This document shows, piece by piece, positions 28,990 to 46,439 of a stretch of 64,000 bases of DNA. The notes beneath the pieces are model-generated. The model did no database searches. It saw only the letters and a program-made list of their open reading frames with translations, and was not told the DNA's origin. Source of the stretch: Escherichia coli O157:H7 (GTDB lineage Bacteria; Pseudomonadota; Gammaproteobacteria; Enterobacterales; Enterobacteriaceae); NCBI RefSeq assembly GCF_013167455.1, contig NZ_CP038328.1. The stretch is one strand, 5' to 3'. Position 1 is the first letter of the stretch, and every line of letters starts with the position of its first letter. A program made the translations under genes and the position numbers.

Positions 28990-30723
28990 TTACATACGCT
29001 CTACAGTCTCAATACCCAGCGTATCCAGACCCAGCTTCAGCGTCTTCGCTGTCAGTTGTGCCAGTTTCAGACGGCTGTTACGCACTTCTTCGTTTTCTGC
29101 GCTGAGGATCGGGCAGTGCTCGTAGAAGCCAGAGAACAGACCGGCCAGATCGTACAGGTAAGCACACATTACATGCGGCGTGCCTTCACGGGCAACCACG
29201 GTGAGGGTTTCTTCAAACTGCAGCAGGCGAGCTGCCAGTTGCGCTTCACGATCTTCACGGATGATAACCGGAGCTGCAGCCAGTTGCTCTTCGTCAATTT
29301 CTGCTTTACGGAACACGGACAATACACGCGTGTATGCATACTGCATGTATGGCGCGGTATTACCCTCAAACGCCAGCATGTTGTCCCAGTCGAAGATGTA
29401 GTCCGTGGTGCGGTTTTTGGAGAGATCCGCATATTTCACCGCACCAATACCAACCGCGTTAGCCAGTTTTTCCAGCTCGTCGGCTGGCATATCCGGGTTC
29501 TTTTCTGCCACCAGACGGCGTGCACGTTCCAGGGCTTCATCCAGCAGATCGGCCAGTTTCACTGTACCACCCGCGCGGGTTTTGAACGGTTTGCCGTCTT
29601 TACCCAGCATCATGCCGAACATGTGGTGTTCCAGCGGTACGGATTCCGGTACATAGCCTGCTTTACGGACGATAGCCCATGCCTGCATCAGGTGTTGATG
29701 CTGACGGGAGTCGATGTAATACAGCACGCGATCGGCATGCAGTGTTTCATAACGATATTTCGCACAGGCGATATCAGTGGTGGTGTAGAGATAGCCGCCA
29801 TCTTTCTTCTGAATGATCACGCCCATCGGTTCGCCTTCCTTGTTTTTAAACTCATCAAGGAATACGACGGTCGCCCCTTCGCTTTCTACTGCCAGACCTT
29901 TGGCTTTGAGATCCGCCACAATTCCTGGCAGCATTGGGTTGTAGAGGCTTTCGCCCATCACGTCATCATGGGTCAGCGTCACGTTGAGACGATCGTAAGT
30001 GATCTGGTTCTGCGTCATGGTGATGTCGACCAGTTTGCGCCACATCTCGCGGAAATATTCGTCACCGCTTTGCAGTTTTACCACGTAGTTACGTGCACGC
30101 TCGGCAAACTCTTCATCTTCGTCGTAATGCTTTTTCGCATCGCGGTAGAAACCTTCAAGGTCAGCCAGCTCCATTTCACCGGCGTTTTCCTGCTGCTGCT
30201 TTTCCAGCCATGCAATCAGCATACCGAACTGAGTGCCCCAGTCGCCGACGTGGTTTGCGCGAATCACTTTGTGACCGAGGAACTCCAGAGTACGCACTGC
30301 TGCGTCACCAATAATGGTAGAGCGCAGGTGACCGACGTGCATCTCTTTCGCCACGTTTGGCGCAGAGTAGTCAACCACAATGGTCTGTTTTTCTGGCGTA
30401 GCAACACCGAGACGATCGGACGCCAGCGCCTGCTGAACATGTTCAGCCAGGAATGCCGGATCAAGGAAAATGTTGATAAAGCCTGGACCGGCGATCTCAA
30501 CTTTGCTGGCGATACCGTTAAGATCCAGATGAGTCAGCACCTGCTCTGCTAATTGTCGCGGTGCCATACCCAGTTTTTTAGCAACTGCCATCATGCCGTT
30601 AGCCTGATAGTCGCCGAACTGAACTTTTGCTGACTGACGAACCTGCGGTTCGCAATCCGCAGGCGCGCCTGCCGCAATCATGGCCTGACGGACTTTTTCT
30701 GAGAGAAGAGCCTGAATATTCAC
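28990..30723 (-). CDS. argS: Arginine--tRNA ligase
   Basis: 577-aa class I aaRS with HVGH motif ([10 protein letters not shown]). Confidence 0.96.
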
Positions 30724-30938
30724 CGGAATACCTTACATTGATGAAGCGAGCAAAAATTGCCCGCACCAGTTAAAGAAATTAGGGCGGGAGTATACTGCAA
30801 ATGGCTGTTTTCGTCAGCAACGTGCGCGTGGCGTATTGCCGTTTTCACTATTGCATCAGAAGCGGCGTGAAATCAGCGGTTGGTTGGCGCAGGGCAACAG
30901 GGTAAATTAACGCTTTTACTGAAAGACGAAGAGTGATT

Positions 30939-31505
30939 ATGGCGAACTGGCAATCTATCGACGAGCTGCAGGATATTGCATCGGATTTACCGCGATTTAC
31001 CCACGCATTAGATGAACTTTCCCGCCGTCTGGGGTTGAATATCACTCCGCTGACTGCCGATCACATTTCTTTGCGTTGCCATCAAAACGCCACTGCTGAG
31101 CGCTGGCGTCGCGGGTTTGAACAGTGTGGCGAGCTTTTGTCAGAAAATATGATCAATGGCAGACCGATTTGTCTGTTTAAATTGCATGAACCGGTACAGG
31201 TTGCACACTGGCAGTTTTCTATTGTGGAGCTACCGTGGCCTAGGGAAAAACGTTACCCGCACGAAGGTTGGGAACATATTGAAATCGTTTTGCCGGGTGA
31301 TCCAGAAACGCTGAATGCCCGTGCGCTGGCATTGCTTTCTGATGAAGGACTCAGCCTACCGGGGATCTCAGTTAAAACCAGTTCGCCAAAAGGTGAGCAT
31401 GAACGATTACCGAATCCGACGCTGGCGGTCACCGATGGCAAAACGACCATTAAATTTCATCCGTGGTCCATTGAAGAGATTGTTGCCAGCGAGCAGTCGG
31501 CGTAA
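30939..31505 (+). CDS. yecM: Uncharacterized protein YecM (glyoxalase/VOC-like fold)
   Basis: 188-aa product from MANWQSIDELQ; the listed ORF begins at an upstream GTG; divergent from argS. Confidence 0.85.
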   Translation: MANWQSIDELQDIASDLPRFTHALDELSRRLGLNITPLTADHISLRCHQNATAERWRRGFEQCGELLSENMINGRPICLFKLHEPVQVAHWQFSIVELPWPREKRYPHEGWEHIEIVLPGDPETLNARALALLSDEGLSLPGISVKTSSPKGEHERLPNPTLAVTDGKTTIKFHPWSIEEIVASEQSA

Positions 31506-31509
31506 TTAA

Positions 31510-32345
<836 letters not shown>

Positions 32346-32652
32346 TCCCTGAATAGTATAAAAAATGAACGATTACCGCGATCTGTTGAGCGGGTGACAG
32401 TGCACATAGCGTTGTGCTAAAAATATTTTATATATTCACATTAATTATGTGATTTAAATTGCTAAAACTGACAAATATATATTCTAAATAACAACTGGAT
32501 TATTCCTTAGCAATTAATGATTACATTGTAATAAATCATATTCTTTAGCGATTATTTCAGGCAGTGTTGTGCCGAATTAAGCAAGTAGTCAATTCGTTGT
32601 GTATTTATTTATACAATGATTTCGGTGTTCTGGAATTTAATTAGAGGAATCT

Positions 32653-33753
32653 ATGCGAGGGAAAAAACGCATTGGGTTATTGTTTTTGCTGATAGCGGTT
32701 GTGGTTGGTGGTGGCGGGTTCTTGATGGCGCAAAAAGCCTTACATAAAACGTCGGATACAGCATTTTGCCTTTCCTGCCACTCGATGAGTAAACCTTTTG
32801 AGGAATATCAGGGAACTGTCCACTTTTCGAACCAGAAAGGGATACGTGCGGAATGTGCCGATTGCCATATTCCAAAGTCAGGGATGGATTATTTATTCGC
32901 TAAATTAAAAGCATCTAAAGATATTTATCATGAATTTGTTAGCGGCAAAATAGACAGTGACGATAAGTTCGAAGCTCATCGCCAGGAAATGGCCGAAACA
33001 GTATGGAAAGAATTAAAAGCAACTGACTCTGCAACGTGCCGTAGTTGCCATTCTTTTGATGCCATGGATATTGCCTCGCAAAGTGAATCTGCGCAGAAAA
33101 TGCATAACAAAGCACAAAAGGGCGGCGAAACCTGTATCGATTGTCATAAAGGCATTGCCCATTTTCCGCCAGAAATAAAAATGGATGACAACGCGGCGCA
33201 TGAGCTGGAAAGTCAGGCCGCTACTTCAGTGACTAATGGCGCACATATTTATCCTTTCAAAACTTCTCGCATAGGCGAGCTGGCTACCGTGAATCCTGGT
33301 ACCGATCTCACCGTCGTTGATGCCAGTGGCAAACAGCCGATCGTTCTGTTGCAGGGTTATCAAATGCAGGGCAGTGAAAACACGCTCTACCTGGCGGCAG
33401 GTCAACGGCTGGCGCTAGCCACATTAAGTGAAGAAGGTATCAAGGCGCTCACGGTAAACGGGGAATGGCAGGCTGACGAATACGGCAATCAATGGCGTCA
33501 GGCGTCTTTACAGGGTGCGCTTACCGATCCCGCATTAGCGGACCGTAAACTGCTATGGCAATACGCTGAAAAACTTGACGATACCTATTGCGCTGGTTGT
33601 CATGCCCCTATTGCCGCCGACCATTACACCGTCAATGCGTGGCCGTCCATTGCCAAAGGAATGGGGGCACGAACCAGCATGAGCGAAAACGAACTGGACA
33701 TTTTAACGCGGTATTTCCAGTACAACGCCAAAGATATTACCGAGAAACAGTGA
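32653..33753 (+). CDS. torY: Pentaheme c-type cytochrome TorY (NapC/NirT family)
   Basis: 366-aa ORF with N-terminal TM anchor and five CxxCH motifs (CLSCH, CADCH, CRSCH, CIDCH, CAGCH). Confidence 0.93.
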   Translation: MRGKKRIGLLFLLIAVVVGGGGFLMAQKALHKTSDTAFCLSCHSMSKPFEEYQGTVHFSNQKGIRAECADCHIPKSGMDYLFAKLKASKDIYHEFVSGKIDSDDKFEAHRQEMAETVWKELKATDSATCRSCHSFDAMDIASQSESAQKMHNKAQKGGETCIDCHKGIAHFPPEIKMDDNAAHELESQAATSVTNGAHIYPFKTSRIGELATVNPGTDLTVVDASGKQPIVLLQGYQMQGSENTLYLAAGQRLALATLSEEGIKALTVNGEWQADEYGNQWRQASLQGALTDPALADRKLLWQYAEKLDDTYCAGCHAPIAADHYTVNAWPSIAKGMGARTSMSENELDILTRYFQYNAKDITEKQ

Positions 33754-33777
33754 TCCTCGTTGATCAGGGAGGAAGTT

Positions 33778-36207
33778 ATGACATTAACAAGACGTGAATT
33801 TATTAAACACAGCGGTATTGCCGCTGGAGCGCTGGTGGTGACATCGGCAGCACCGCTACCCGCATGGGCAGAAGAGAAGGGCGGTAAAATCCTCACCGCG
33901 GGACGTTGGGGAGCGATGAACGTAGAAGTGAAGGACGGCAAGATTGTTTCTTCGACAGGCGCGCTGGCGAAAACCATACCGAACTCCTTACAGTCTACGG
34001 CGGCGGATCAGGTACACACCACGGCGCGTATTCAGCATCCGATGGTGAGAAAAAGCTATCTCGACAATCCACTGCAACCGGCGAAAGGTCGTGGCGAAGA
34101 TACCTATGTACAGGTGAGCTGGGAACAGGCATTAAAACTGATTCATGAGCAACATGAGCGTATTCGTAAAGCTAACGGACCATCGGCCATTTTTGCCGGA
34201 TCTTACGGCTGGCGCTCTTCTGGCGTGTTGCATAAAGCGCAAACCTTACTGCAACGTTATATGAACCTGGCGGGCGGTTATTCCGGGCATAGCGGCGATT
34301 ATTCAACCGGGGCAGCACAGGTGATCATGCCGCATGTGGTCGGTTCTGTAGAGGTGTATGAACAGCAGACCTCCTGGCCGCTGATTCTGGAAAACAGCCA
34401 GGTTGTGGTGCTGTGGGGAATGAACCCGCTGAATACCTTAAAAATTGCCTGGAGCAGTACCGATGAGCAAGGGCTGGAATACTTCCATCAGCTGAAAAAA
34501 TCTGGCAAACCAGTGATTGCCATTGATCCTATCCGCTCTGAAACCATCGAGTTCTTTGGCTATAATGCCACCTGGATCGCGCCGAATATGGGCACCGACG
34601 TGGCACTGATGTTAGGGATTGCGCATACCCTGATGACACAAGGCAAACACGATAAAGTGTTCCTTGAAAAATACACCACCGGGTATCCGCAGTTTGAAGA
34701 GTATCTGACAGGTAAGAGCGATAATACTCCGAAGAGCGCGGCCTGGACGGCGGAAATTACTGGCGTACCGGAAGCGCAGATAGTCAAACTCGCTGAACTG
34801 ATGGCGGCGAATCGCACAATGCTGATGGCAGGCTGGGGAATTCAGCGCCAGCAATATGGTGAACAGAAACACTGGATGCTGGTGACGCTGGCGGCGATGT
34901 TAGGGCAGATTGGTACACCGGGCGGCGGTTTTGGTTTCTCTTATCATTACTCCAACGGTGGCAACCCGACGCGTGTTGGCGGCGTGCTGCCGGAAATGTC
35001 TGCGGCGATTGCCGGACAGGCCAGCGAGGCCGCTGATGATGGCGGAATGACGGCGATTCCTGTTGCCCGTATCGTCGATGCGCTGGAAAATCCTGGCGGC
35101 AAATATCAGCATAACGGTAAAGAACAAACGTATCCGAATATCAAAATGATCTGGTGGGCGGGTGGCGGTAACTTTACCCATCACCAGGATACTAATCGTC
35201 TGATCAAAGCATGGCAGAAACCGGAGATGATCGTCGTTTCTGAATGCTACTGGACCGCAGCTGCTAAACATGCAGATATCGTATTACCGATCACCACATC
35301 GTTTGAGCGCAATGACTTGACGATGACCGGTGATTACAGCAACCAGCATATTGTACCGATGAAGCAGGCTGTCGCTCCGCAATTTGAAGCGCGAAACGAT
35401 TTTGACGTGTTTGCCGAACTTGCGGAATTACTGAAACCAGGCGGAAAAGAGATCTATACCGAAGGTAAAGATGAAATGGCGTGGCTGAAATTTTTCTATG
35501 ATGCCGCTCAGAAAGGTGCCCGTGCGCAACGCGTCACTATGCCAATGTTTAATGCCTTCTGGCAGCAAAATAAACTGATCGAAATGCGCCGCAGCGAGAA
35601 GAACGAACAGTACGTTCGTTATGGTGATTTCCGCGCCGATCCGGTGAAAAATGCGCTGGGTACGCCAAGCGGCAAAATTGAGATTTACTCCAAAACGCTG
35701 GAAAAATTTGGCTATAAGGATTGCCCGGCACACCCAACCTGGCTTGCGCCTGATGAGTGGAAAGGTACCGCCGACGAGAAGCAGTTACAGCTTCTGACCG
35801 CACATCCGGCACACCGTTTACACAGTCAGCTTAACTATGCGCAACTGCGTAAAAAATATGCGGTTGCCGATCGTGAACCAATCACTATTCACACCGAAGA
35901 TGCTGCTCGCTTTGGTATTGCGAATGGCGATCTGGTCCGTGTCTGGAACAAACGTGGTCAGATTTTGACAGGCGCTGTGGTGACTGACGGGATCAAAAAA
36001 GGCGTGGTATGCGTGCATGAAGGTGCATGGCCAGATCTGGAAAATGGCTTGTGTAAAAACGGCAGTGCGAACGTGTTAACGGCGGATATCCCCAGCTCGC
36101 AGCTGGCAAATGCCTGTGCCGGTAACTCTGCGCTGGTGTATATCGAAAAATATACGGGTAACGCACCGAAGTTAACGGCGTTTGATCAGCCAGCTGTTCA
36201 GGCATAA
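33778..36207 (+). CDS. torZ: TMAO/N-oxide reductase TorZ (molybdopterin oxidoreductase)
   Basis: 809-aa product with Tat signal (TRREFIK...AWA); the listed ORF has a 6-codon upstream extension. Confidence 0.95.
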   Translation: MTLTRREFIKHSGIAAGALVVTSAAPLPAWAEEKGGKILTAGRWGAMNVEVKDGKIVSSTGALAKTIPNSLQSTAADQVHTTARIQHPMVRKSYLDNPLQPAKGRGEDTYVQVSWEQALKLIHEQHERIRKANGPSAIFAGSYGWRSSGVLHKAQTLLQRYMNLAGGYSGHSGDYSTGAAQVIMPHVVGSVEVYEQQTSWPLILENSQVVVLWGMNPLNTLKIAWSSTDEQGLEYFHQLKKSGKPVIAIDPIRSETIEFFGYNATWIAPNMGTDVALMLGIAHTLMTQGKHDKVFLEKYTTGYPQFEEYLTGKSDNTPKSAAWTAEITGVPEAQIVKLAELMAANRTMLMAGWGIQRQQYGEQKHWMLVTLAAMLGQIGTPGGGFGFSYHYSNGGNPTRVGGVLPEMSAAIAGQASEAADDGGMTAIPVARIVDALENPGGKYQHNGKEQTYPNIKMIWWAGGGNFTHHQDTNRLIKAWQKPEMIVVSECYWTAAAKHADIVLPITTSFERNDLTMTGDYSNQHIVPMKQAVAPQFEARNDFDVFAELAELLKPGGKEIYTEGKDEMAWLKFFYDAAQKGARAQRVTMPMFNAFWQQNKLIEMRRSEKNEQYVRYGDFRADPVKNALGTPSGKIEIYSKTLEKFGYKDCPAHPTWLAPDEWKGTADEKQLQLLTAHPAHRLHSQLNYAQLRKKYAVADREPITIHTEDAARFGIANGDLVRVWNKRGQILTGAVVTDGIKKGVVCVHEGAWPDLENGLCKNGSANVLTADIPSSQLANACAGNSALVYIEKYTGNAPKLTAFDQPAVQA

Positions 36208-36258
36208 GACGTGAAAAGCGCCCGGAAACGGGCGCTGAGGTTATGCAAACATAAAGCT

Positions 36259-36357
36259 GCCTGATGCGCTATGCTTATCAGGCCTACATAGTCCCTGCAA
36301 TATATTGAATTAGCAAGGTTTTGTAGGCTGGATAAGGCGTTCACGCCGCATCCGGCA
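36259..36357. repeat. REP elements between torZ and cmoB
   Basis: gcctgatgcgctatgcttatcaggcctaca and gtaggctggataaggcgttcacgccgcatccggca. Confidence 0.6.
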
Positions 36358-36371
36358 GTAATACCAGACCT

Positions 36372-38519
<2,148 letters not shown>

Positions 38520-38571
38520 ACAAACTCCCTTTAAAATGGCCGATGGCACCTGTCTATGATAGGTGGCAAAT

Positions 38572-39390
38572 TCAGAAAAGAGAAGATTGCTGTGGAATAG
38601 CCGGAACTGCTCCGATCTCTGGAAGCGTTTTACGTAAGTCTTCCCACAGGGTATGTACCAGTTCCGGGGCCTGGGCAATATCTGGCGTATGTAAAAAAAG
38701 ATAAGGCGTAGTGGTCTGATGCCACTGCGCTAATTTTTGTAACCAGACCTGAAATAATTCCCGGTTTTGCGTCATATCATCACTACCGATAAAACGGATC
38801 AGCGGATTTGTCGCCGTCAGTACAGCATGTACCGGAACTTTAGGTTTTTTTCGTTGAGCGTCGCGAATAGCTTCACTGTGTGGACGTGCTGCATGAACCG
38901 GGCGGCTGTCTAAAATCACCTGATTAACGCCGCGCTGATGTAAACCGCGATTAAGCGTTTGTTCCTCTTCCCCTTTGGCGAAAAACTGTGGATGGCGGAC
39001 TTCCACACCATAATTAAATTCGCCAGGGAGAGAATCGAGAAAATGCCAAAGCGCAGGCAGCTCCCGTGGGCCGAATGTGGCAGGCAGTTGCAGCCAGTAT
39101 TGCCCAATGCGCGGAGCCAACGGTGACATGCGGGTCAAAAATTCAGTCACTAAATCATCGCAATGTCGTAATGCTGCCTGATGCGAAATGGTCGCCGGAA
39201 ACTTAAAACAGAAGCGGAAGTCATCTGTGGTCTGTTCACGCCAGCGCAGGACAACCTCGGGTTTCGGCAGGGCGTAAAGCGTGGTGTTGCCCTCCACGCA
39301 GTTAAAGTGACGGGCATACTCTTCAAGGCTGGTGATCCCCAACCGCACCCATTTAGGATGCGACCATTGCGGTAGACCGATGTAAATCAT
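38572..39390 (-). CDS. yecE: Uncharacterized protein YecE (DUF72)
   Basis: 272-aa ORF. Confidence 0.88.
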
Positions 39391-39953
39391 AACGCGTTGA
39401 GGATCTCTTCCACGCTACGCACACGGGCGATGCGCGGGTAGATATGGTTGATACTGTTATTGTGCTGCTCGGCGCTAGCGGCACTACAGGCATCTTCGGC
39501 AATCACCAGATTAAAGCCAAGTTCCCAGGCATTGCGGGCGGTGGATTCAACTCCGATATTGGTCGAGATCCCACATAACACTATTGTATCGATACCTCGG
39601 CGGCGTAATTGCAACTCCAGATCCGTACCGTAAAACGCACCCCACTGACGTTTGATTATTTCGATATCACTGTCAGTTGCACCTAATGCAGCTGGATGTT
39701 GCCACCAGTTTTCGGGCAACACTTTAGCGGGGGAAGGGGCATCAACCGGCTGTTTTAATGCTTCGGCGTAATCGGCAGACCAGCCAACGCGCACCAGAAA
39801 CACGGGCTGACCGCTGGCGCGAAATTTCGCCGCCAGCTTCCCGGCGCGATTAACTACCTCATCGGCAGTATGTGGACCACCGGCAAAAGGTAAGATGCCT
39901 TCTTGTAAATCGATCACCACCAGCGCAGTGGTTTTAGCATTAAGTTCAAGCAT
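39387..39953 (-). CDS. yecD: Isochorismatase-family hydrolase YecD
   Basis: 188-aa product from [17 protein letters not shown]; 4-nt overlap with yecE. Confidence 0.88.
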
Positions 39954-40262
39954 GATGACTCCTGAAAAAACAAAATCGTGCCTCACACCTTAATGCGATT
40001 AGCCGATGGCGGAACGACAAATTTTGTTAATTTGTATGAGTTCGGGCAACACCTTTATAGCAAACTGGCGTAGAGTCTGATTTCAGGCCCGATATAAAGT
40101 GGTAACGAGGCGTTCCAGCGCGGGCCAGGCTCTTACGGTGCGGCAGAATTTCCAGTATAATAGCCGCCTTTTTTCATTCAGTTGTGACATACAGCTAACG
40201 CTGCGACTTGGTCACCTGCGCAGCAGGGGGCATCCGCCGGCAGCTAAGTTAAGGGATATCTC

Positions 40263-42035
40263 ATGCGTACAGAATATTGTGGACAGCTCCGTTTGTCCCA
40301 CGTGGGGCAGCAGGTGACTCTGTGTGGTTGGGTCAACCGTCGTCGTGATCTTGGTAGCCTGATCTTCATCGATATGCGCGACCGCGAAGGTATCGTGCAG
40401 GTATTTTTCGATCCGGATCGTGCGGACGCGTTAAAGCTGGCCTCTGAACTGCGTAATGAGTTCTGCATTCAGGTCACGGGCACCGTACGTGCGCGTGACG
40501 AAAAAAATATTAACCGCGATATGGCGACCGGCGAAATCGAAGTGCTGGCGTCCTCGCTGACTATCATCAACCGCGCAGATGTTCTGCCGCTTGACTCTAA
40601 CCACGTCAACACCGAAGAAGCGCGTCTGAAATACCGCTACCTCGACCTGCGTCGTCCGGAAATGGCTCAGCGCCTGAAAACCCGCGCTAAAATCACCAGC
40701 CTGGTGCGCCGTTTTATGGATGACCACGGTTTCCTCGACATCGAAACTCCGATGCTGACCAAAGCCACGCCGGAAGGCGCGCGTGACTACCTGGTGCCTT
40801 CTCGTGTGCACAAAGGTAAATTCTACGCACTGCCGCAATCCCCACAGTTGTTCAAACAGCTGCTGATGATGTCCGGCTTTGACCGCTACTATCAGATCGT
40901 TAAATGCTTCCGTGACGAAGACCTGCGCGCTGATCGTCAGCCTGAATTTACTCAGATCGATGTGGAAACTTCTTTCATGACCGCGCCGCAAGTGCGTGAA
41001 GTGATGGAAGCGCTGGTGCGCCATCTGTGGCTGGAAGTGAAGGGCGTGGATCTGGGCGATTTCCCAGTAATGACCTTTGCGGAAGCCGAACGCCGTTATG
41101 GTTCTGATAAACCGGATCTGCGTAACCCGATGGAACTGACCGACGTTGCTGATCTGCTGAGATCTGTTGAGTTTGCAGTATTTGCAGGTCCGGCGAACGA
41201 TCCGAAAGGTCGCGTTGCCGCTCTGTGTGTTCCGGGTGGCGCATCGCTGACCCGTAAGCAGATCGACGAATACGGTAACTTCGTTAAAATCTACGGCGCG
41301 AAAGGTCTGGCTTACATCAAAGTTAACGAACGCGCGAAAGGTCTGGAAGGTATCAACAGCCCGGTAGCGAAGTTCCTTAATGCAGAAATCATCGAAGCCA
41401 TCCTGGATCGTACTGCCGCGCAAGATGGCGATATGATTTTCTTCGGTGCCGACAACAAGAAAATTGTTGCCGACGCGATGGGCGCACTGCGCCTGAAAGT
41501 GGGTAAAGACCTTGGTCTGACCGACGAAAGCAAATGGGCACCGCTGTGGGTTATCGACTTCCCGATGTTTGAAGACGACGGTGAAGGCGGCCTGACGGCA
41601 ATGCACCATCCGTTCACCTCACCGAAAGACATGACGGCTGCAGAGCTGAAAGCTGCACCGGAAAATGCGGTGGCGAACGCTTACGATATGGTCATCAATG
41701 GTTACGAAGTGGGCGGTGGTTCAGTACGTATCCATAATGGTGATATGCAGCAGACGGTGTTTGGTATTCTGGGTATCAACGAAGAGGAACAGCGCGAGAA
41801 ATTCGGCTTCCTGCTCGACGCTCTGAAATACGGTACTCCGCCGCACGCAGGTCTGGCATTCGGTCTTGACCGTCTGACCATGCTGCTGACCGGCACCGAC
41901 AATATCCGTGACGTTATCGCCTTCCCGAAAACCACGGCGGCAGCGTGTCTGATGACTGAAGCACCGAGCTTTGCTAACCCGGCTGCACTGGCTGAGCTGA
42001 GCATTCAGGTTGTGAAGAAGGCTGAGAATAACTGA
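40263..42035 (+). CDS. aspS: Aspartate--tRNA ligase
   Basis: 590-aa class II aaRS. Confidence 0.96.
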   Translation: MRTEYCGQLRLSHVGQQVTLCGWVNRRRDLGSLIFIDMRDREGIVQVFFDPDRADALKLASELRNEFCIQVTGTVRARDEKNINRDMATGEIEVLASSLTIINRADVLPLDSNHVNTEEARLKYRYLDLRRPEMAQRLKTRAKITSLVRRFMDDHGFLDIETPMLTKATPEGARDYLVPSRVHKGKFYALPQSPQLFKQLLMMSGFDRYYQIVKCFRDEDLRADRQPEFTQIDVETSFMTAPQVREVMEALVRHLWLEVKGVDLGDFPVMTFAEAERRYGSDKPDLRNPMELTDVADLLRSVEFAVFAGPANDPKGRVAALCVPGGASLTRKQIDEYGNFVKIYGAKGLAYIKVNERAKGLEGINSPVAKFLNAEIIEAILDRTAAQDGDMIFFGADNKKIVADAMGALRLKVGKDLGLTDESKWAPLWVIDFPMFEDDGEGGLTAMHHPFTSPKDMTAAELKAAPENAVANAYDMVINGYEVGGGSVRIHNGDMQQTVFGILGINEEEQREKFGFLLDALKYGTPPHAGLAFGLDRLTMLLTGTDNIRDVIAFPKTTAAACLMTEAPSFANPAALAELSIQVVKKAENN

Positions 42036-42152
42036 TATGACTCAAATACACGAAATCATTCGCGTTGCATCGAGGCGGCAACTGAGTGAACTCCCATGAG
42101 CATAGATAACTATGTGAATGGGATGAGCGAAGGCAGTCAACGAAGAGGCAGC

Positions 42153-42605
42153 GTGAAGGATAAAGTGTATAAGCGTCCCGTTTCGATCTTAGTGGTCATC
42201 TACGCACAAGATACGAAACGGGTGCTGATGTTGCAGCGGCGTGATGACCCCGATTTCTGGCAGTCGGTAACCGGCAGCGTGGAAGAGGGTGAAACCGCGC
42301 CGCAAGCTGCCATGCGCGAAGTAAAGGAAGAGGTCACCATTGATGTTGTCGCTGAACAACTGACCTTAATTGACTGTCAGCGCACGGTAGAGTTTGAAAT
42401 TTTTTCACATTTACGTCATCGCTATGCGCCGGGCGTGACGCGTAATACGGAATCATGGTTCTGTCTTGCGCTTCCGCATGAGCGGCAGATCGTTTTCACT
42501 GAACATCTGGCTTACAAGTGGCTTGATGCGCCTGCTGCGGCGGCGCTCACTAAGTCCTGGAGCAACCGGCAGGCGATTGAACAGTTTGTAATTAACGCTG
42601 CCTGA
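42153..42605 (+). CDS. nudB: Dihydroneopterin triphosphate diphosphatase (Nudix)
   Basis: GTG start giving 150 aa from (M)[10 protein letters not shown]; Nudix box [20 protein letters not shown]. Confidence 0.9.
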
Positions 42606-42633
42606 ACAGGCAGGGCTATCTGGAGATATTTTT

Positions 42634-43374
42634 ATGGCAGGTCATAGTAAATGGGCCAACACCAGACATCGTAAAGCTGCGCAGGATGCTAAGCGCGGTA
42701 AAATCTTCACTAAAATCATTCGTGAGCTGGTAACCGCGGCTAAGCTGGGCGGTGGCGATCCGGACGCTAACCCGCGTCTGCGTGCAGCAATTGATAAAGC
42801 ACTGTCTAACAACATGACCCGTGACACTCTGAACCGCGCAATTGCACGTGGTGTGGGCGGTGATGATGATGCGAACATGGAAACCATCATCTACGAAGGT
42901 TACGGTCCTGGCGGCACGGCAATCATGATTGAATGTCTGTCTGACAACCGCAACCGTACCGTTGCTGAAGTGCGTCATGCATTCAGCAAATGTGGCGGTA
43001 ACCTCGGTACTGATGGTTCCGTAGCCTATCTGTTCAGCAAAAAAGGCGTCATCTCCTTCGAGAAAGGCGATGAAGACACCATCATGGAAGCAGCACTGGA
43101 AGCAGGTGCTGAAGACGTTGTGACCTATGATGACGGCGCGATTGATGTCTACACTGCATGGGAAGAAATGGGTAAAGTGCGCGACGCTCTGGAAGCGGCA
43201 GGTCTGAAAGCAGACAGCGCGGAAGTTTCCATGATCCCGTCTACCAAAGCTGATATGGATGCAGAAACCGCACCGAAACTGATGCGTCTGATCGATATGC
43301 TGGAAGATTGCGACGACGTGCAGGAAGTTTACCATAACGGTGAAATCTCTGATGAGGTCGCAGCGACTCTCTGA
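42634..43374 (+). CDS. yebC: YebC/PmpR family DNA-binding regulator / translation factor
   Basis: 246-aa [18 protein letters not shown]. Confidence 0.93.
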
Positions 43375-43408
43375 TGAGGCCTGCTAAACAGCAAAACGGA
43401 GACGCGTG

Positions 43409-43930
43409 ATGGCTATTATTCTCGGCATTGATCCGGGTTCGCGCGTGACCGGCTACGGCGTCATCCGCCAGGTAGGTAGGCAACTGTCCTACCTGGGTAG
43501 CGGATGCATACGCACCAAAGTGGATGATTTACCGTCTCGTCTGAAACTCATCTATGCGGGCGTGACGGAAATCATCACCCAGTTCCAGCCCGATTATTTC
43601 GCCATTGAACAAGTCTTTATGGCAAAGAACGCTGACTCAGCCCTGAAACTGGGCCAGGCGCGCGGCGTGGCGATTGTGGCGGCGGTGAATCAGGAGTTGC
43701 CAGTATTTGAATACGCGGCACGTCAGGTAAAGCAAACGGTGGTAGGTATTGGTAGTGCCGAAAAAAGCCAGGTGCAGCATATGGTCCGCACCTTGCTGAA
43801 ACTGCCCGCTAATCCACAGGCGGATGCCGCCGATGCGCTGGCGATTGCCATCACCCACTGCCACGTTAGTCAGAATGCGATGCAGATGAGCGAATCGCGG
43901 CTGAACCTGGCGAGAGGGCGACTGCGTTAA
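43409..43930 (+). CDS. ruvC: Holliday junction resolvase RuvC
   Basis: 173-aa product [17 protein letters not shown]. Confidence 0.95.
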
Positions 43931-43931
43931 G

Positions 43932-44534
43932 TTATACCGCCTCGGTCAGTTCCGGCTGAGGCGTTTCCACTCCCTCCGCATGAATCAACACCAAACCTGG
44001 ATGATGCCACAAACTGGCTGGCGTGACGGTTTTACGCTCCCACGGAATAGAACCCAGGAACCAGAATTTCCAGAAAGTGAGTTTTGCATTCGGATTGCTA
44101 TTTAACAATTCTCCAAACGTCTCTATTTCACCCACCGGAATACATAGCGCTTCTTTATAAATATCAAAAACAAATTTTGAACAGAACTGGCGCGAAGATT
44201 CGTATTTAAAACCGGTGTGGTAAAGTTTGCGTAGCCGGGAGGGAACCTGTTCAACAATTCGTTGTTTTTGTTGTTCTGTCAGCCCAGCGTCTAATCGCTT
44301 TATAGCATAGCGTTGATTAGACGAACGTTTAATAAAACGAGATAGCGTGGTGATGGTTGAAAGGGGAACCCGGCTTTCTGCAACCAGGAAGTCTTCACCG
44401 TTATGACCGATAATGATCCCGACGTGATTACTCCAGCAATTTGATGCAGCTGATATTTGACCAAATAAGGCAGCACCTATACATGTAAAGACTTTATCTC
44501 CAATTTCATATTCAGCAGGGTAATTAATATTCAC
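43932..44534 (-). CDS. yebB: Uncharacterized protein YebB (probable permuted papain-like amidase, YaeF/YiiX family)
   Basis: The listed 233-aa ORF has a very AT-rich 5' end; trimmed to a 200-aa product from an internal GTG to match the remembered length. Both start and family assignment are uncertain. Confidence 0.7.
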   Translation of the reverse strand: MNINYPAEYEIGDKVFTCIGAALFGQISAASNCWSNHVGIIIGHNGEDFLVAESRVPLSTITTLSRFIKRSSNQRYAIKRLDAGLTEQQKQRIVEQVPSRLRKLYHTGFKYESSRQFCSKFVFDIYKEALCIPVGEIETFGELLNSNPNAKLTFWKFWFLGSIPWERKTVTPASLWHHPGLVLIHAEGVETPQPELTEAV

Positions 44535-44741
44535 GTTGTCATTCCATTGAAATAGATACGAATATACGTAATAGCATAAAAAATTTATTTTTTCAGGAGG
44601 CGCAATGTATATTTTTATTACGCATTTCTTCACTGAATATGTAATATTAAAATATTTACTTCCAATATAACCTGTAGAATAAATTATACTGTGCCATTTT
44701 TCAGTTCATCGAGACACCTCGCAAGTTTTTTTCATCCTTCG

Positions 44742-44757
44742 CTGGATATCTATCCAG
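44742..44757 (+). promoter_or_regulatory. LexA (SOS) box of ruvAB
   Basis: ctggatatctatccag, a palindrome of CTGG-N8-CCAG form (near-consensus CTGT-N8-ACAG) about 50 bp upstream of ruvA. Confidence 0.8.
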
Positions 44758-44808
44758 CATTTTTTTATCATACAGCATTATCTTTGATTCATTACGCAGG
44801 AGCGTCAT

Positions 44809-45420
44809 GTGATAGGCAGACTCAGAGGCATCATCATTGAAAAACAACCCCCGCTGGTGTTAATTGAAGTGGGCGGCGTAGGCTATGAAGTGCATATGCC
44901 GATGACCTGTTTTTATGAACTCCCTGAAGCGGGTCAGGAAGCGATCGTTTTCACCCACTTTGTGGTGCGTGAAGACGCGCAACTGCTGTACGGTTTTAAC
45001 AATAAACAAGAGCGCACGTTGTTCAAAGAGTTGATCAAAACCAACGGCGTCGGCCCGAAGTTGGCGCTGGCGATCCTCTCCGGAATGTCAGCGCAGCAGT
45101 TCGTTAATGCCGTTGAGCGTGAAGAAGTGGGGGCACTGGTGAAACTGCCGGGTATTGGCAAAAAAACCGCCGAACGCTTGATTGTTGAAATGAAAGACCG
45201 ATTTAAAGGTTTGCATGGCGATCTCTTTACGCCAGCCGCCGACCTGGTACTCACGTCTCCTGCCAGCCCGGCGACCGACGATGCTGAACAAGAAGCGGTT
45301 GCCGCGCTGGTGGCGCTGGGCTATAAACCACAAGAAGCAAGCCGCATGGTGAGCAAAATCGCTCGCCCTGACGCCAGCAGTGAAACATTAATTCGCGAAG
45401 CCCTACGCGCCGCGTTATGA
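44809..45420 (+). CDS. ruvA: Holliday junction branch migration protein RuvA
   Basis: GTG start; 203-aa ORF. Confidence 0.95.
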   Translation: MIGRLRGIIIEKQPPLVLIEVGGVGYEVHMPMTCFYELPEAGQEAIVFTHFVVREDAQLLYGFNNKQERTLFKELIKTNGVGPKLALAILSGMSAQQFVNAVEREEVGALVKLPGIGKKTAERLIVEMKDRFKGLHGDLFTPAADLVLTSPASPATDDAEQEAVAALVALGYKPQEASRMVSKIARPDASSETLIREALRAAL

Positions 45421-45425
45421 GGTAA

Positions 45426-46439
<1,014 letters not shown>

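Noticed and set aside
29056-30552. 498-codon stop-free ORF antisense to argS
   Set aside because: Lies wholly inside argS on the opposite strand; its composition (rich in F, H, V, C, Q) is typical of a shadow frame of a codon-biased gene; no start context; argS explains the sequence.
36217-36236. Hairpin agcgcccg-gaaa-cgggcgct after torZ as a torZ terminator
   Set aside because: No T-run follows on the + strand; it may act weakly for the convergent cmoB transcript (A-run upstream) but is not a canonical terminator.
38520-38678. 53-codon upstream extension of yecN overlapping the yecE 3' end
   Set aside because: The extension lacks hydrophobic MAPEG character and overlaps yecE; the ATG at 38519 matches the 131-aa length.
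40431-41609. 392-codon ORF antisense to aspS
   Set aside because: Shadow ORF of a highly expressed aaRS gene; no independent signals.
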